Counted from the first letter of the stretch, positions 48,053 through 59,941 are shown. The stretch is DNA of 64,000 nucleotides from Bacteriovoracaceae bacterium (GCA_048270185.1 JBLWTJ010000001.1:1696001-1760000), one strand, 5' to 3'. Program-made: numbers and translations. The notes: generated from the sequence alone by a model not told the origin.

Positions 48053-50638
48053 ATGAAATACGAAATAGAAAAGTTAAATAATGGTTTAGAAGTTATATTT
48101 GTGGACGTTCCAGGAAATACAAGTGCATCCGTACAAATTTGGTTTCGTGCAGGTTCAACTCTTGAAGATAAGAGTAATTATGGGATAGCTCACTTTTTAG
48201 AGCATATGTTCTTTAAGGGAACAAAGAAGAGGCCAGGAGCAATGATTGCTCACGATGTTGAATCATTTGGAGGAGAAATTAATGCCTTCACTTCATTTGA
48301 TTACACTTGTTACTATATTAATTCACCAATTGCTTATTTTAATACTTCAATAGATATTATTATGGATATGGTTTCAAATCCGATGTTCAAGCAAGAAGAT
48401 CTTATTCCAGAAAGAGAAGTTGTGTTTGAAGAATATAGAAGAAGCCAAGATAACCCTGGTCAATTTTCTTTCCAAAGAATTCAAGAGATGGCCTTTAAAG
48501 GTGGATATGCTCACCCTATACTCGGTAACGAAAAAACGATTAAGAATTTCACACGTGAACAATTAAATGACTTTCGGAATAATCACTACAATAATGCCAA
48601 CGCATTCCTCGTTGTTGCGGGAGATATGAAGGATAAGGCAAAATATATAAAAACGATTGGAGGCTATAAGCTTCCAAAAGGAAACCTATCAGAAAGACCT
48701 GCTTTCTCACTTCAAAAGAAATCAACAATTGAAATTCACAAAAAAGATGTAAGAATGTGCCAACTAACAATGGCCATCGAATGCCCTCCCATGAAGTCTC
48801 TAGGCGCGGCCAGTGAAGACCTTGCTTACAATGCTCTAGGGTATGGTGAAACATCACCACTTTATAAAAATCTTGTTCTAAATAATACACTTGCAAATAA
48901 CTGTACTTCTTCATCAATGTTCTTTGCTGATGGTGGTATCCACTTTTTAAGAATTAATTTTCCAAAAGAAAATTACGCAAAAGTTATGGGTGAACTTGAG
49001 AAAACTATCTCAGAAGTTACTAATGTGGGACTTAAAGAAAGCGATATTAAAAAAATTAAAAACCAATATGTTGCTGCAAAAATATATGAAAAAGAATCTC
49101 TTGAATCTTATGCATTCTCACTTGGAAGCAGTTATGCTGGAGCAAAAGATCTCGAAGTAGAACAAGAGTTTATTAATAAGATCAAAAAAACAAGTCTTAA
49201 AGAAGTAAATAATAAGTATTCTGATATTTTTGGACGCTCAATTCATTTAAGTCTTCAGCTTCCAAACAATTTAAAACCTAATGATTTTAAACCAAGACTC
49301 GTTGAATTTAAAAACAAATTACAAAAGCTAAAATCAAAACAAAAAGAAAAACAAGTTAAAGCGATAAAGTCAAAATATGATCCAGCAACTCAAATGGTTG
49401 AGATCAAACCTGGAATCAATCTTCTATATCGTTACAATGCCATTACGCCAACATTTGTTATGCACGCCTATATTAAAGGTGGACTCGCTGATGAAACCTT
49501 GAAAAATAATGGACTATATAGTCTTATGAGTTCGCAACTAACAAAAGGTTATAAAGGGCTAACGTATGAAAAGTTAAAACTCGATCTCGACAATAAGTCG
49601 ACAATGTTTAATAGCTTTTCAGGAAAGAATGCTTACGGAATAACAATGCACGGACAGAGTGAGTATTTCTCTGATCTTTCAAAGCATTTCTTCAAATCGT
49701 TAATGAATCCAACATTCGTCGCAAAGCATATTAATCATGAAAAGAAACTTATGCTTAGAACAATAGAGGCCAACAAATCAGACCCAACGAGACATTGTTT
49801 CTATGAAGCAACTAATTTACTTTTTAAAGGACATCCATATGCCCTTTCGACAATAGGAACTGAAAAGACCATTAAATCTCTAAAACGAGATGAGCTAATG
49901 AAGGTTCACGATAAGAATATTAAATCGAAAGAAATGCTCATTACATTCTGCGGAGATCTAAGTCTTGACGAGGTAAAGTCAAAAATTGACTTCTACTTTG
50001 AAAATTCTAAACCAAGAAAGAGTAAAGCTAAAGCAATCAAGAAAGTTGCTAAAATGAAAACTGAAAATAAACATATTGAGTTTGATCGTGAACAAACACA
50101 GATTCTCATAGCCACTCAGACACAAAAGCTAACAGCAAAAGAGAATGTTGTTTTTAAGATGCTAACGACTCACCTATCAGGTCAGTCTTCAGAGTTATTT
50201 GTTGATGTACGAGATCGAAAAGGTCTATGCTACGTGGCCCAACCAATTCATATGAATGCTCTTGAAGCTGGTTATTGGGGGATCTACATGGCAAGTGGTC
50301 ATGATAAAACAACCGATGCCATCAATGCGATTAACTCAATCTTGGCCAAACTACAAAAAGATGGCCTATCGAAAAAAGACTTCGAAAGAATCAAAATGAT
50401 GATCGATGGACAAAACCAACTAAACCTACAAGTAAATGACGACTACGCTAATGTATATTCTGTGCCAGCACTTCATGGGCTAGGTATTGATTACTTTTAC
50501 AAGGCCAATAATGAAATAAGAAATTTCAAACATGAAGACTTTCAAAGAATCATTAAAAAGCTCCTGAAACAGAACTGGATTACAATTACAGTTGGAAAGA
50601 ATATTCAAGAAGATATTGTCTCTACGACACCTCTTTAG
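48053..50638 (+). CDS. M16 family zinc peptidase (two-module fusion)
   Basis: AHFLEHMFFKGT, NAFTS.D.T.Y, LF..VRD.KGL.Y. Confidence 0.92.
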   Translation: MKYEIEKLNNGLEVIFVDVPGNTSASVQIWFRAGSTLEDKSNYGIAHFLEHMFFKGTKKRPGAMIAHDVESFGGEINAFTSFDYTCYYINSPIAYFNTSIDIIMDMVSNPMFKQEDLIPEREVVFEEYRRSQDNPGQFSFQRIQEMAFKGGYAHPILGNEKTIKNFTREQLNDFRNNHYNNANAFLVVAGDMKDKAKYIKTIGGYKLPKGNLSERPAFSLQKKSTIEIHKKDVRMCQLTMAIECPPMKSLGAASEDLAYNALGYGETSPLYKNLVLNNTLANNCTSSSMFFADGGIHFLRINFPKENYAKVMGELEKTISEVTNVGLKESDIKKIKNQYVAAKIYEKESLESYAFSLGSSYAGAKDLEVEQEFINKIKKTSLKEVNNKYSDIFGRSIHLSLQLPNNLKPNDFKPRLVEFKNKLQKLKSKQKEKQVKAIKSKYDPATQMVEIKPGINLLYRYNAITPTFVMHAYIKGGLADETLKNNGLYSLMSSQLTKGYKGLTYEKLKLDLDNKSTMFNSFSGKNAYGITMHGQSEYFSDLSKHFFKSLMNPTFVAKHINHEKKLMLRTIEANKSDPTRHCFYEATNLLFKGHPYALSTIGTEKTIKSLKRDELMKVHDKNIKSKEMLITFCGDLSLDEVKSKIDFYFENSKPRKSKAKAIKKVAKMKTENKHIEFDREQTQILIATQTQKLTAKENVVFKMLTTHLSGQSSELFVDVRDRKGLCYVAQPIHMNALEAGYWGIYMASGHDKTTDAINAINSILAKLQKDGLSKKDFERIKMMIDGQNQLNLQVNDDYANVYSVPALHGLGIDYFYKANNEIRNFKHEDFQRIIKKLLKQNWITITVGKNIQEDIVSTTPL

Positions 50639-51152
50639 TGAAGAGCAGAAACTGCTCTTCATTTAAGTTGCGATCACTTTGCAGTAGGCTCATCATATTT
50701 GTTATCTCATGAAACTGTTTTGAGATTAAATTAAAGAATCCTTCAAAGTCATAAAAAGTTCTCTGATAACTATCGAGCTTACTGTAGGCCGTTCGACCAA
50801 CTTCGCAATAGTAATTGATATCAATAATCTTTTCATTTATTGAGTTTGAGAAATATCCACATAGAAAAAGGGCCGTGTCACCAATATCTTTCAACTCACG
50901 TCTCTTCTCGGCTTCACTTAAATTCTCACATTTTAAAAGCTTTATCCCAAGAGTCTTCTCTCGAATCCTCCCATCATCTTGCTTTTCAAAATAATGTTGT
51001 GATAATCCAAAACGATCCATAACCAGTGATGAATAAAATAGTGATAGTTTTGGCAGTGGAGCTTGACGACGCTCATTAATGCGCAGCAGCTCGTCAAAGA
51101 AATATGCCTGTAGTGAGGCCTCAAGAGATATCGTTAGATTTGTCTTCGTCAA
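50622..51152 (-). CDS. Hypothetical protein
   Basis: 176-aa ORF with LKDIGDTALF..G.F...YY...G..AY pattern. Confidence 0.7.
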   Translation of the reverse strand: MTKTNLTISLEASLQAYFFDELLRINERRQAPLPKLSLFYSSLVMDRFGLSQHYFEKQDDGRIREKTLGIKLLKCENLSEAEKRRELKDIGDTALFLCGYFSNSINEKIIDINYYCEVGRTAYSKLDSYQRTFYDFEGFFNLISKQFHEITNMMSLLQSDRNLNEEQFLLFTKEVS

Positions 51153-51243
51153 AATCCCCTCCTGTTAATTAAATTATAACTTAATTGAATGACGCAAAAC
51201 AATAACGAAACAAATTCCTATGTTTTTATGGTATAAAAATCAC

Positions 51244-51891
51244 ATGAAAATTTCAGGTAATACACTCAATAATTTCAGTATCTTAAATGATGAGACCATC
51301 GAAGAAATCGTAGGTTACGCAAGTTCTTATAATTTCATTTTCTTTGATATGGACGGAACTATTTTAAATAGTGAACCCCTTCACTATCAGATCATCAAAG
51401 GCTACTGCACAAGGGGAGAGGCCCCTACAATGGAAGATATTTACGGAATTGCCGATGAAAATGTCTTTCCACTTATTAGCCAAGTCTGTGAGCTTTCTTC
51501 AAAAGAAGAATATATAACTCGTAAAAACGAGGACTTAGTTGAGTTAATTGGCCAGTCTGATCCAAATATTATAAGACATAAAAATATTCAAAAATTACTG
51601 AATCGCCTAAAGCAAGAGGGTAAGAAACTAGCACTAGTGACGGCCAGTCAGTATGAAGTTACCCACCCACTACTTAAACAATGTGAGCTTGATTCATATT
51701 TTGAAATTATTATAACAGAAAGAGAAGTCGAAAAATCGAAACCCGATCCTGCGCCATATTTACTTGCGCAGAGTTTTTTTAAAGCGAATACTTCTGAGTG
51801 CTTAATTTTTGAAGACTCACCAACTGGAGTACAAGCAGCAAAGAATGCGGGAATCGACCACTTTATCGTAAAGTGGTTTGAAGGAGAATAA
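51244..51891 (+). CDS. HAD-IA family phosphatase/hydrolase
   Basis: FDMDGT, KPDP.PY, FEDS..G..AA. Confidence 0.9.
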   Translation: MKISGNTLNNFSILNDETIEEIVGYASSYNFIFFDMDGTILNSEPLHYQIIKGYCTRGEAPTMEDIYGIADENVFPLISQVCELSSKEEYITRKNEDLVELIGQSDPNIIRHKNIQKLLNRLKQEGKKLALVTASQYEVTHPLLKQCELDSYFEIIITEREVEKSKPDPAPYLLAQSFFKANTSECLIFEDSPTGVQAAKNAGIDHFIVKWFEGE

Positions 51892-54021
51892 ATGTCAGAG
51901 TCAAATTTAGATGCTTGGAAAGAATTAGCAGATAAAGAAACTAAAGGTAAAGGCCCAAAAATAACTCAAACTCCAGAAGGAATTGACTTAAAGGCCCTCT
52001 ACACTAAAGAAGATATTAAAAATCTTAAGTACACTGATACCATGCCAGGTATGGATCCATTTATCAGAGGTCCACGTGCCACAATGTATACGGGACGTCC
52101 TTGGACGATTCGTCAGTATGCAGGTTTTTCAACAGCAAAAGAGTCAAATGACTTCTACAAGAAAGCACTCGCGGCAGGAGGACAAGGTGTTTCTGTTGCT
52201 TTCGACCTTGCGACTCACAGAGGATACGACTCAGATCACCCTCGTGTAAAAGGAGATGTTGGAAAAGCAGGTGTTGCCATCGATACAGTTGAAGATATGA
52301 AAGTTCTATTCGACGGAATACCTCTTGATAAAGTTTCAGTTTCAATGACAATGAATGGTGCTGTTCTTCCTGTACTTGCAGGTTATATTGTTGCAGCAAA
52401 AGAGCAAGGTGTATCACTTGATAAACTTTCAGGAACAATTCAAAATGATATTCTAAAAGAATTCATGGTTAGAAATACTTATATCTTCCCTCCTGCACCA
52501 TCCATGAAAGTAATTGCAGATATCTTTGAATACACTTCAAAGAATATGCCTAAATTTAATTCGATCTCAATATCTGGATACCACATTCAAGAGGCTGGTG
52601 CAGATGCTGCACTTGAGTTAGCCTATACTCTTGCTGATGGTAAAGAATATATTGATACGGCCATTAAAGCAGGAATGGAAATTGATCAATTCGCTCCAAG
52701 GCTTTCGTTCTTCTTTGGTATTGGTATGAATTTCTATATGGAGATTGCAAAGCTTCGTGCCGCAAGACTTCTATGGTCTGAAATTGTATCAAAATATAAT
52801 CCAAAAAATATTAAATCAAAAATGCTTCGAACACACTGCCAGACATCTGGTTGGTCACTGACAGAACAAGATCCATATAACAACATTATTCGTACGACAA
52901 TTGAAGCAATGGCGGCAGTATTTGGTGGAACTCAATCACTTCACACTAATTCTTTTGATGAGGCCATCGCTCTTCCAACAGAATTCTCAGCACGTATTGC
53001 AAGAAACACACAAATTATCCTCCAGGAAGAAACAGGTATTACAAATACAGTTGATCCATGGGGTGGTTCTTATATGATGGAAAGTCTGACACAAGAGATC
53101 GCAGATAAGGCCAGAAAACTTATCAATGAAATTGATGAAGCCGGCGGAATGGCTAAGGCCATTGAAACAGGTCTCCCAAAACTTAAGATCGAAGAAGCAG
53201 CGGCACTGAAACAAGCAAGAATCGATCGTGGAGAAGACGTCATCGTTGGTGTTAACAAGTACAAACCAACAAAAGAAGATCATGTTGAAGTTCTTGAAAT
53301 CGACAACGTTCAAGTACTAAAAGAACAAATTGAAAGACTTGAGCAAATCCGTGAAACACGCGACGAGAAAAAAGTAAGCGAGTGCATGGCCGCTCTAGAA
53401 TACTATGCTAAAACGGGTAATGGAAACGGACTTGAACTTGCTGTTGAAGCGATGGAAGCTCGTTGTTCAGTTGGAGAAATCTCTTACGCTCTAGAAAAAG
53501 AATGGGGGCGCTACAACGCTAACTCAAAAACTGTCTCTGGTGTATACGGAAAATCGTTTGAAAGTGATGAGGAATGGATGAGTATCAAAAGTGAAATTGA
53601 TCAATTTGAAAAAGACTATGGACGTCGTCCAAGAATCTTAGTTGCAAAAATGGGACAGGATGGTCACGACCGTGGAGCAAAGGTTGTTGCAACAGCTTAT
53701 GCCGATGTTGGTTTTGACGTTGACCTCTCTCCTTTATTTTCAACTCCAGAAGAAGTTGCAAAACAAGCTGTTGAAAACGATGTTCATGTAATTGGAGCCT
53801 CTTCACTTGCAGCAGGTCACAAGACATTAATTCCAGAACTAATTGCAGAGCTTAAAAAACTTGATGCTGAAGATATTATCGTAGTTGCTGGTGGTGTTAT
53901 TCCTCGTAAAGATTATGACTTCTTATATGAGTCAGGAGTTAAGGGAATTTACGGACCAGGAACAACAATTGCAGAAGCAGCTAAAGATGTTATTACAAAA
54001 ATAAAAGAGGCCCAAAAGTAA
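51892..54021 (+). CDS. scpA: Methylmalonyl-CoA mutase
   Basis: RQYAGF, RIARNTQ, B12-binding DGHDRG. Confidence 0.97.
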   Translation: MSESNLDAWKELADKETKGKGPKITQTPEGIDLKALYTKEDIKNLKYTDTMPGMDPFIRGPRATMYTGRPWTIRQYAGFSTAKESNDFYKKALAAGGQGVSVAFDLATHRGYDSDHPRVKGDVGKAGVAIDTVEDMKVLFDGIPLDKVSVSMTMNGAVLPVLAGYIVAAKEQGVSLDKLSGTIQNDILKEFMVRNTYIFPPAPSMKVIADIFEYTSKNMPKFNSISISGYHIQEAGADAALELAYTLADGKEYIDTAIKAGMEIDQFAPRLSFFFGIGMNFYMEIAKLRAARLLWSEIVSKYNPKNIKSKMLRTHCQTSGWSLTEQDPYNNIIRTTIEAMAAVFGGTQSLHTNSFDEAIALPTEFSARIARNTQIILQEETGITNTVDPWGGSYMMESLTQEIADKARKLINEIDEAGGMAKAIETGLPKLKIEEAAALKQARIDRGEDVIVGVNKYKPTKEDHVEVLEIDNVQVLKEQIERLEQIRETRDEKKVSECMAALEYYAKTGNGNGLELAVEAMEARCSVGEISYALEKEWGRYNANSKTVSGVYGKSFESDEEWMSIKSEIDQFEKDYGRRPRILVAKMGQDGHDRGAKVVATAYADVGFDVDLSPLFSTPEEVAKQAVENDVHVIGASSLAAGHKTLIPELIAELKKLDAEDIIVVAGGVIPRKDYDFLYESGVKGIYGPGTTIAEAAKDVITKIKEAQK

Positions 54022-54980
54022 TGCAATTTGACCTAGAGAAACTTAAGCAAGGAAATATAAGGGCGCTTTCAAAGTTTATAACTTTGATAGAGAGCAAGAA
54101 AGCTGAACATCAAGCTGAAGCTCAAGACCTGCTTAATATTGTTTTACCTCTAACAGGTAAGGCCATGAGAATTGGTATTTCAGGAACACCAGGTGTCGGG
54201 AAATCAACTTTCATTGAAGCTCTAGGTCTCTACCTAATAAAAAAAGGACTTAAAGTAGCAGTCCTTGCCATCGATCCTAGTTCCCCTCTTAGTGGTGGAA
54301 GTCTTCTTGGAGACAAGACACGTATGGAGAAGCTGGCCCAAGAAAAGAATGCTTTCATTAGGCCTACCCCTTCCTCTGGAAACCTTGGTGGTGTCGCACT
54401 TAAAACAAGAGAAGTTATGCTAGCATGTGAAGCCGCTGGCTTTGATGTTGTCCTCATCGAAACAGTCGGTGTTGGACAGTCGGAATACGAAGTGGCCAAT
54501 ATTGTTGACCTCTTCTCTGTTCTACTACTCCCGGGAAGTGGAGACGAGTTACAAGGAATAAAGAAAGGCATCATCGAGCTATGTGACAATATTGTCATCA
54601 ACAAAGCCGATGGAGATAATAAGCAGAAGGCCCACGATACAATGGTACAATATAAGTCGGCCCTTGGAGTTATCAAGACAGATCAGAAAATTGGTGCAGA
54701 AGTTATAATGTCATCAGCTTTAAATAATTCTGGTATCGAAGAGTATTGGAATATGATTGAAGCAACTTATAAAGGTAATAAAGATAAGATTCAAGAAAAG
54801 CGAAAGAAACAAAACCTCGATTGGCTTAAGAAGTTATTTCAGGAACTATTAAATAATAAAATAAGCCAATCACCAGAACTACAAAAACAATGGGATGAGC
54901 TTAATCAAAATATTCTAAATGAGACTCAAACTCCTTTAAGTGGAGCTAAGAAGTTGATTAATATTCTATTTAAGAATTAA
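54021..54980 (+). CDS. meaB: Methylmalonyl-CoA mutase-associated GTPase MeaB
   Basis: GTPGVGKS, GDKTRM, ETVGVGQSE, NKAD. Confidence 0.96.
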   Translation: MQFDLEKLKQGNIRALSKFITLIESKKAEHQAEAQDLLNIVLPLTGKAMRIGISGTPGVGKSTFIEALGLYLIKKGLKVAVLAIDPSSPLSGGSLLGDKTRMEKLAQEKNAFIRPTPSSGNLGGVALKTREVMLACEAAGFDVVLIETVGVGQSEYEVANIVDLFSVLLLPGSGDELQGIKKGIIELCDNIVINKADGDNKQKAHDTMVQYKSALGVIKTDQKIGAEVIMSSALNNSGIEEYWNMIEATYKGNKDKIQEKRKKQNLDWLKKLFQELLNNKISQSPELQKQWDELNQNILNETQTPLSGAKKLINILFKN

Positions 54981-55289
54981 ACAATTCATTTTCTTTGTCA
55001 CACTTTTTCGACCAATGAGTTTTAACTCACCTTTATTACCTGTTAGTGAGAATCGATAAGCAAAGAAACCATCTTCACCAAGTAGTCCGGAATAGTTTGA
55101 ACCTGTTTTACGAACATCCATATCAAAAGTACTACGTGGTGTTTTAATCTGTCCACGATCTTCAATTACAAGAAATGAATATCCTTCGCCAGAACAGCTA
55201 ATTCCCTTGTCTTTTGCCTTGTTTGATTTAGCAAAAACCTGAGAACTTAAAACTAAAATCAAAATTGTATAGAATATATTTTTCATCAT
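54966..55289 (-). CDS. Small secreted hypothetical protein
   Basis: Signal peptide ending VFA; two Cys. Confidence 0.7.
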   Translation of the reverse strand: MMKNIFYTILILVLSSQVFAKSNKAKDKGISCSGEGYSFLVIEDRGQIKTPRSTFDMDVRKTGSNYSGLLGEDGFFAYRFSLTGNKGELKLIGRKSVTKKMNCLILK

Positions 55290-55313
55290 TAAATACCTTT
55301 TATCGTTCCTATA

Positions 55314-56753
55314 TTAAATTGCGATATAGAATTTTCCGTCTTTAAAACTTACAACACTACCGACCATTGCTTTTTGTATAATCTTTTCGATCAGCCAAAT
55401 CCACTTTACCTTTATAAAACCAAATGGAACAACAACATCTTTTACATCCAAGATGATCTCAGATGTTTCCTCAGAAAATGACACTTTAGCTGTCATATCA
55501 ATATCGAAATTTTTCTTAATAAGAATATTCTTATAGGCGTGAGCCTTAATTTTAGCAGTTCCATTCTTAATACTAATTTTTATATCTGATAAATCAGATT
55601 TATCAAGTGAGATATCCTTTAAAGGTCTATATTCATCTAACTCAATATTCGAATAGCGATCTGAAATTTGTGCTGCTTTTTTCTTTCGTCCTCTTCGGTC
55701 AAACTTGGCCGGTTTTCCCTCTTCAAATGTCTTAAGCTTTGAAATCGTCATCTCACCCGACTTAATACATTCTTTAACAACTGAAGGAATATCTAATAGG
55801 TCCGATTGATATTCTTTCTGACAATTAATGATCATATCCTTCACTGTCACAGACTTATACATGTCGATAAACTGAAAAACTTCAGAATCAAAATTTAAAA
55901 TTTCATTACGAACGTTTAATGTCTTAATATCAAAGTAAAACTTCGTTTTATCAGTATTATTTGTTACAAGAATTTTTGGTACATTTAGCTCAACAGTATT
56001 TTCACAACGTCCCATCATCTTTTCAGAATCAAGTTCATGTTGATCACTATCTTTTTCACACTTAAGAGTAGCGGACTTTGCCTCAACATCATATTGATTA
56101 TAATCCATAACAGTAATAGGAGAAGTTAGTTCCAGATATTGGCTACCTTGAAGGTTTAGCTTTCCAATATTCCCACTCATTGTAAGAATGGAGTTATCTC
56201 CTAGGTCCTTCTTAAAGACATACTCTACAGGTGCATCATAAGATTTAGGTGCAACATTAAGCTCAGTCATACAACCCTTAATAATTCCATCACCTGAGGC
56301 CATGTCATATTCAGGATCATTGGCAGTACAGAATAGGAAGAAGTTATTTGCATGGAGAACAACTCCATCTTGATCGTATTCAAAGTGACCGCCACTTAAG
56401 TTAAAATACGTTGGTGTGATTGCTGAATCAGCATTTTCAAGCTTTAAAACATTTAACGTATCTAAGAATCCATTGCCCGTCATATCAAACTGAGCAGAAA
56501 TCAAACCATTATCTATTTTAAGCAAGCTATTTGAATAGTAGATTTCAGCTTGTGCCTTATCCTTATTATTATTACCAAGATTAAAAGACATTACGTCCTT
56601 AGATAGAATTGCACTCTCATAAGTCAAAGCACCAAGTCGGCCATGCTCATTGAGATTTTTTCTTGATAGGTCCAGACTATGAACCTTGGCTTCAATGAAG
56701 CTATTGGCCATGGCCATAAATGGAAATAGTGATAGTAGGAATAATTTCTTCAT
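55314..56753 (-). CDS. Secreted hypothetical protein with repeated Cys pairs
   Basis: Signal peptide ending AMA; beta-rich; three C-x(15-18)-C units. Confidence 0.7.
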   Translation of the reverse strand: MKKLFLLSLFPFMAMANSFIEAKVHSLDLSRKNLNEHGRLGALTYESAILSKDVMSFNLGNNNKDKAQAEIYYSNSLLKIDNGLISAQFDMTGNGFLDTLNVLKLENADSAITPTYFNLSGGHFEYDQDGVVLHANNFFLFCTANDPEYDMASGDGIIKGCMTELNVAPKSYDAPVEYVFKKDLGDNSILTMSGNIGKLNLQGSQYLELTSPITVMDYNQYDVEAKSATLKCEKDSDQHELDSEKMMGRCENTVELNVPKILVTNNTDKTKFYFDIKTLNVRNEILNFDSEVFQFIDMYKSVTVKDMIINCQKEYQSDLLDIPSVVKECIKSGEMTISKLKTFEEGKPAKFDRRGRKKKAAQISDRYSNIELDEYRPLKDISLDKSDLSDIKISIKNGTAKIKAHAYKNILIKKNFDIDMTAKVSFSEETSEIILDVKDVVVPFGFIKVKWIWLIEKIIQKAMVGSVVSFKDGKFYIAI

Positions 56754-56852
56754 ATCAATAAATATAGAAGAAATCAGTTATTTGGGGGGTGTATTTGAAA
56801 AAATACCCTACCCTGTTCACTTTATGAACAAGGCCATAAGTATCTAAAATAA

Positions 56853-57476
56853 CTAAAGAATTCCCGCCCCTTGGCGGATTATATCTGCTTCACCACTAGT
56901 AAAATCAACAATAGTCGAGGCACCGACAAACTCATGCTCACCAGGATCGATAATCATTGAAAGTACACTACCAAGCTCTTCTTCAATCATATATGAATAG
57001 ACTTCATCAGGAGAAGATACCTTTGCAGTGAATTTTTCAACATCGATATTACTTGAGAGAACAGGCTGACCATGAACTTCTAGTAGGCGTTTAACCAGGG
57101 TTGAAGGGACAAAGCGGATTCCAACTTCATGATCAGTCTTATTAGCGGCAACGGCCTTGGTAATCTTCTTGCTAGCATTAAAGATAAATGTGAAGTGACC
57201 TGGAATGATTCTTTTAATATAGCGAAAAACACCGTCATCGATACTGGCCACTTCTGAGGCCATTGAAATCGAATCGCAAAGTAGTGAGAATGCTTTTAAC
57301 TTCGGCGCATCTTTATACTTATAAATCTTTTCCACACCTTTTTTACTAAACGGAGATGCTAGAACAACCCAATTAGTATCAGTTGGAAGACACACAAGCT
57401 CTCCATTATTGAGAGCTTGTGATACTTTATTTAAGACTCGATCGTCTGGGTTTTCTGCAATGATATACTCAATCAA
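56853..57476 (-). CDS. Sua5/YciO/YrdC family protein
   Basis: PTDT, PG.FTFI, STIVD, IIRQGAG. Confidence 0.9.
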   Translation of the reverse strand: MIEYIIAENPDDRVLNKVSQALNNGELVCLPTDTNWVVLASPFSKKGVEKIYKYKDAPKLKAFSLLCDSISMASEVASIDDGVFRYIKRIIPGHFTFIFNASKKITKAVAANKTDHEVGIRFVPSTLVKRLLEVHGQPVLSSNIDVEKFTAKVSSPDEVYSYMIEEELGSVLSMIIDPGEHEFVGASTIVDFTSGEADIIRQGAGIL

Positions 57477-57478
57477 AA

Positions 57479-58420
57479 CTACCTCAAGTATTTTAGAAAT
57501 TCATTATCGTTTGAGATGATGAATTTTGTCTTACCTTTAATCGAAGTCTTGTATGCTTCAAGAGATCGAACGAACTCAAAGAAATTAGGGTCTTGTGAAT
57601 ATGTCTTCGCATAAACTGCTGAAGCCTTCGCCTCTGCACGACCTTTAATTAATTGAGACTTACGATATCCTTCTGATTGGATCGTTTGAAGATCTTTAAC
57701 AAGACGACCTTCAATTTTTGCCTTCTCACCTTCACCAATCGAGCGAATTTTTTGAGCGATTCTCTGTCTTTCAGAAATCATACGCTCATAAACCTTCTTC
57801 TCAACTGACTTCTCATAAGAGATACGACGAAGTTGTACATCAATTAATTTAATTCCAAATTGCTCTAATTCACTATCGGCTTTTTCTACGATGAGTTGAG
57901 ATAACTTTTCACGGCCAACATCAACGTTTTCTATATCCCCAGTTATTTCTTCTTCAATTTGGTTAACATTAACTTTAGAGTTCTCGATTCTTTCAATTAT
58001 TGAATTTGAATTTCTTACGGCTTCAACTAAAGCGTGGGAAGAGATTACATTACGGGTAGCAGAGTCTAGAATTGTATCAATTCTTCCCTTAGCACCTTCT
58101 GTGTTTCGAACCGTTTGTATGAACTTTAGAGCGTCAACAACGCGAAACCTTGCCGTTGTATCAACTTTAATAAATTTCTTATCCTTTGTTGGAATCTGAT
58201 TAGGTGATCCATCCCAACTTAAGATACGTTTATCAACAAAGCGTACATCTTGAACAAATGGCTTCTTAAAATGAAGACCTGCATTTGTGATAGGCTTTCC
58301 AACAGGTTTACCAAACTCAGTGATAATCGCCTGACGTCCTTCACTGACAATGAATACAGATTGCTTTCCAAGAATGACCGCAACAAAGATAATAACTATT
58401 AATGGAACTAACTTATTCAT
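57479..58420 (-). CDS. hflC: FtsH protease modulator HflC
   Basis: GLHFK.PF, RMISER, Y.QDP.FF.F.RSL.AY. Confidence 0.95.
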   Translation of the reverse strand: MNKLVPLIVIIFVAVILGKQSVFIVSEGRQAIITEFGKPVGKPITNAGLHFKKPFVQDVRFVDKRILSWDGSPNQIPTKDKKFIKVDTTARFRVVDALKFIQTVRNTEGAKGRIDTILDSATRNVISSHALVEAVRNSNSIIERIENSKVNVNQIEEEITGDIENVDVGREKLSQLIVEKADSELEQFGIKLIDVQLRRISYEKSVEKKVYERMISERQRIAQKIRSIGEGEKAKIEGRLVKDLQTIQSEGYRKSQLIKGRAEAKASAVYAKTYSQDPNFFEFVRSLEAYKTSIKGKTKFIISNDNEFLKYLR

Positions 58421-59409
58421 TTCTTCGCTCCTTGATCAAAAACAGGCAGTAGCCCTTTAACCTTTGGATCAATAATCGTTAGATTATTATATTTCTTATA
58501 CAGTCCTTCCATTGCTTCAATATAGAGTCTCTTTCTTGTAATTTTTGGAGCTCTCTTATATTCACGAAGAACTTCTTTGAACTTAGCAACATCACCTTCG
58601 GCACGGTTTACAAGAGCTGCTGCATAACCTTCGGCTTCAGACACCATTTTATCGGCCTTACCACGAGCTTCTGGTATAACTTTGTTATAAGCGCCCTCTG
58701 CTTCGTTAATGGCCTTCTCTTGTTCTTGCTTAGCTTCGTTTACTTCATTGAAAGATGCCTTAACAACTTGTGGAGGGTTAACGTCTTGAAGTTTTACCGA
58801 GATAATATTAACTCCCATATCATACTTATCAACAACTTCTTGCATAAGAACTTTAGCATCAGATTCAATTTCAACCTTACCAACAGTTAAAACATCTGTT
58901 ACAGAACGATCTCCAACTACACGTCTCATAATTGATTCAGAGATGTCGCGAATATTTCTAATTGGCTCACTCGTTTGAAAGATGAATTTAAATGGATCTC
59001 GAACTTGATACTGAACGGCCCATTCAACAGAGGCAACATTAAGGTCACCAGTAAGCATTAATGATTCATCATCAAAATTTGCATTTGAGTAAGTCGATCT
59101 TCTCGATCTCGTACTCTTCGTACGAAATCCAAACTCTTCTTGAAGAACAGTTTTTACTTTTACCTTAATGACATTATCGACTCCAAAAGGAATCTTAAAG
59201 TGGAGACCAGGAGTATTTGTATTTACATACTTACCTAGTCTAATTACAACGGCCTCTTCATCAGGCTCAACTGTGTAAAATGAAGTGTATCCGAAAACAA
59301 TTAAAACAACGAAAATAAAAAAAGGCCCAAGTAACTTGAGCCCCTTATCTAAATCTTGTTTCATTTTTTCGAAGTCATTTCTGGGTGCTTGTCCATTATT
59401 ATAAGACAT
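58417..59409 (-). CDS. hflK: FtsH protease modulator HflK
   Basis: MLTGDLN, IPEARG, AP.ITR.RLY. Confidence 0.95.
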   Translation of the reverse strand: MSYNNGQAPRNDFEKMKQDLDKGLKLLGPFFIFVVLIVFGYTSFYTVEPDEEAVVIRLGKYVNTNTPGLHFKIPFGVDNVIKVKVKTVLQEEFGFRTKSTRSRRSTYSNANFDDESLMLTGDLNVASVEWAVQYQVRDPFKFIFQTSEPIRNIRDISESIMRRVVGDRSVTDVLTVGKVEIESDAKVLMQEVVDKYDMGVNIISVKLQDVNPPQVVKASFNEVNEAKQEQEKAINEAEGAYNKVIPEARGKADKMVSEAEGYAAALVNRAEGDVAKFKEVLREYKRAPKITRKRLYIEAMEGLYKKYNNLTIIDPKVKGLLPVFDQGAKK

Positions 59410-59433
59410 GTACTCTCCTTGGCATTACGCCTA

Positions 59434-59940
59434 TTATGCTTCTACTTCTAACATGAGGACATTTTCTTCTAAGGCGTCCCCTTCCTTTACGTGAATTGCT
59501 TTAACAACACCATCGATTCCACTCTTAATCTCGTTTTCCATTTTCATGGCCTCAAGAATAATTAGAGTTTCACCTTTCTTAACTGTTTGTCCTTCTTCAA
59601 CATTGATCTTAACAATCTTTCCTGGCATCTTTGTAAGAAGTTCACCAGCATCAGCACCACCAAGACCAGATGGCTTATAACCTCTAAAGATTGAGTAAAC
59701 CTTGTCGACGTTTACAATACGAGATGGAAGATCTTGACGTGGGATTTTCTTCCAACTTGTTTTATTAGTTGAAATAAAATACTGACCACAGATCTTTTTA
59801 AGCCACATTGTTTCGTGAAGTTTTCTTTCACCTTCAACAAGAGTTGAAAAATCAAATTCAACCAAGTTGTACTCGTGAACTTTTGTTCTCGTTAAATCAA
59901 CGATGATTTCTTCATTATCATTAATTAAATATGTTCTCAT
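59434..59940 (-). CDS. Biotin carboxyl carrier subunit of acyl-CoA carboxylase
   Basis: MPG...LEAMKMEN. Confidence 0.93.
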   Translation of the reverse strand: MRTYLINDNEEIIVDLTRTKVHEYNLVEFDFSTLVEGERKLHETMWLKKICGQYFISTNKTSWKKIPRQDLPSRIVNVDKVYSIFRGYKPSGLGGADAGELLTKMPGKIVKINVEEGQTVKKGETLIILEAMKMENEIKSGIDGVVKAIHVKEGDALEENVLMLEVEA

Positions 59941-59941
59941 A

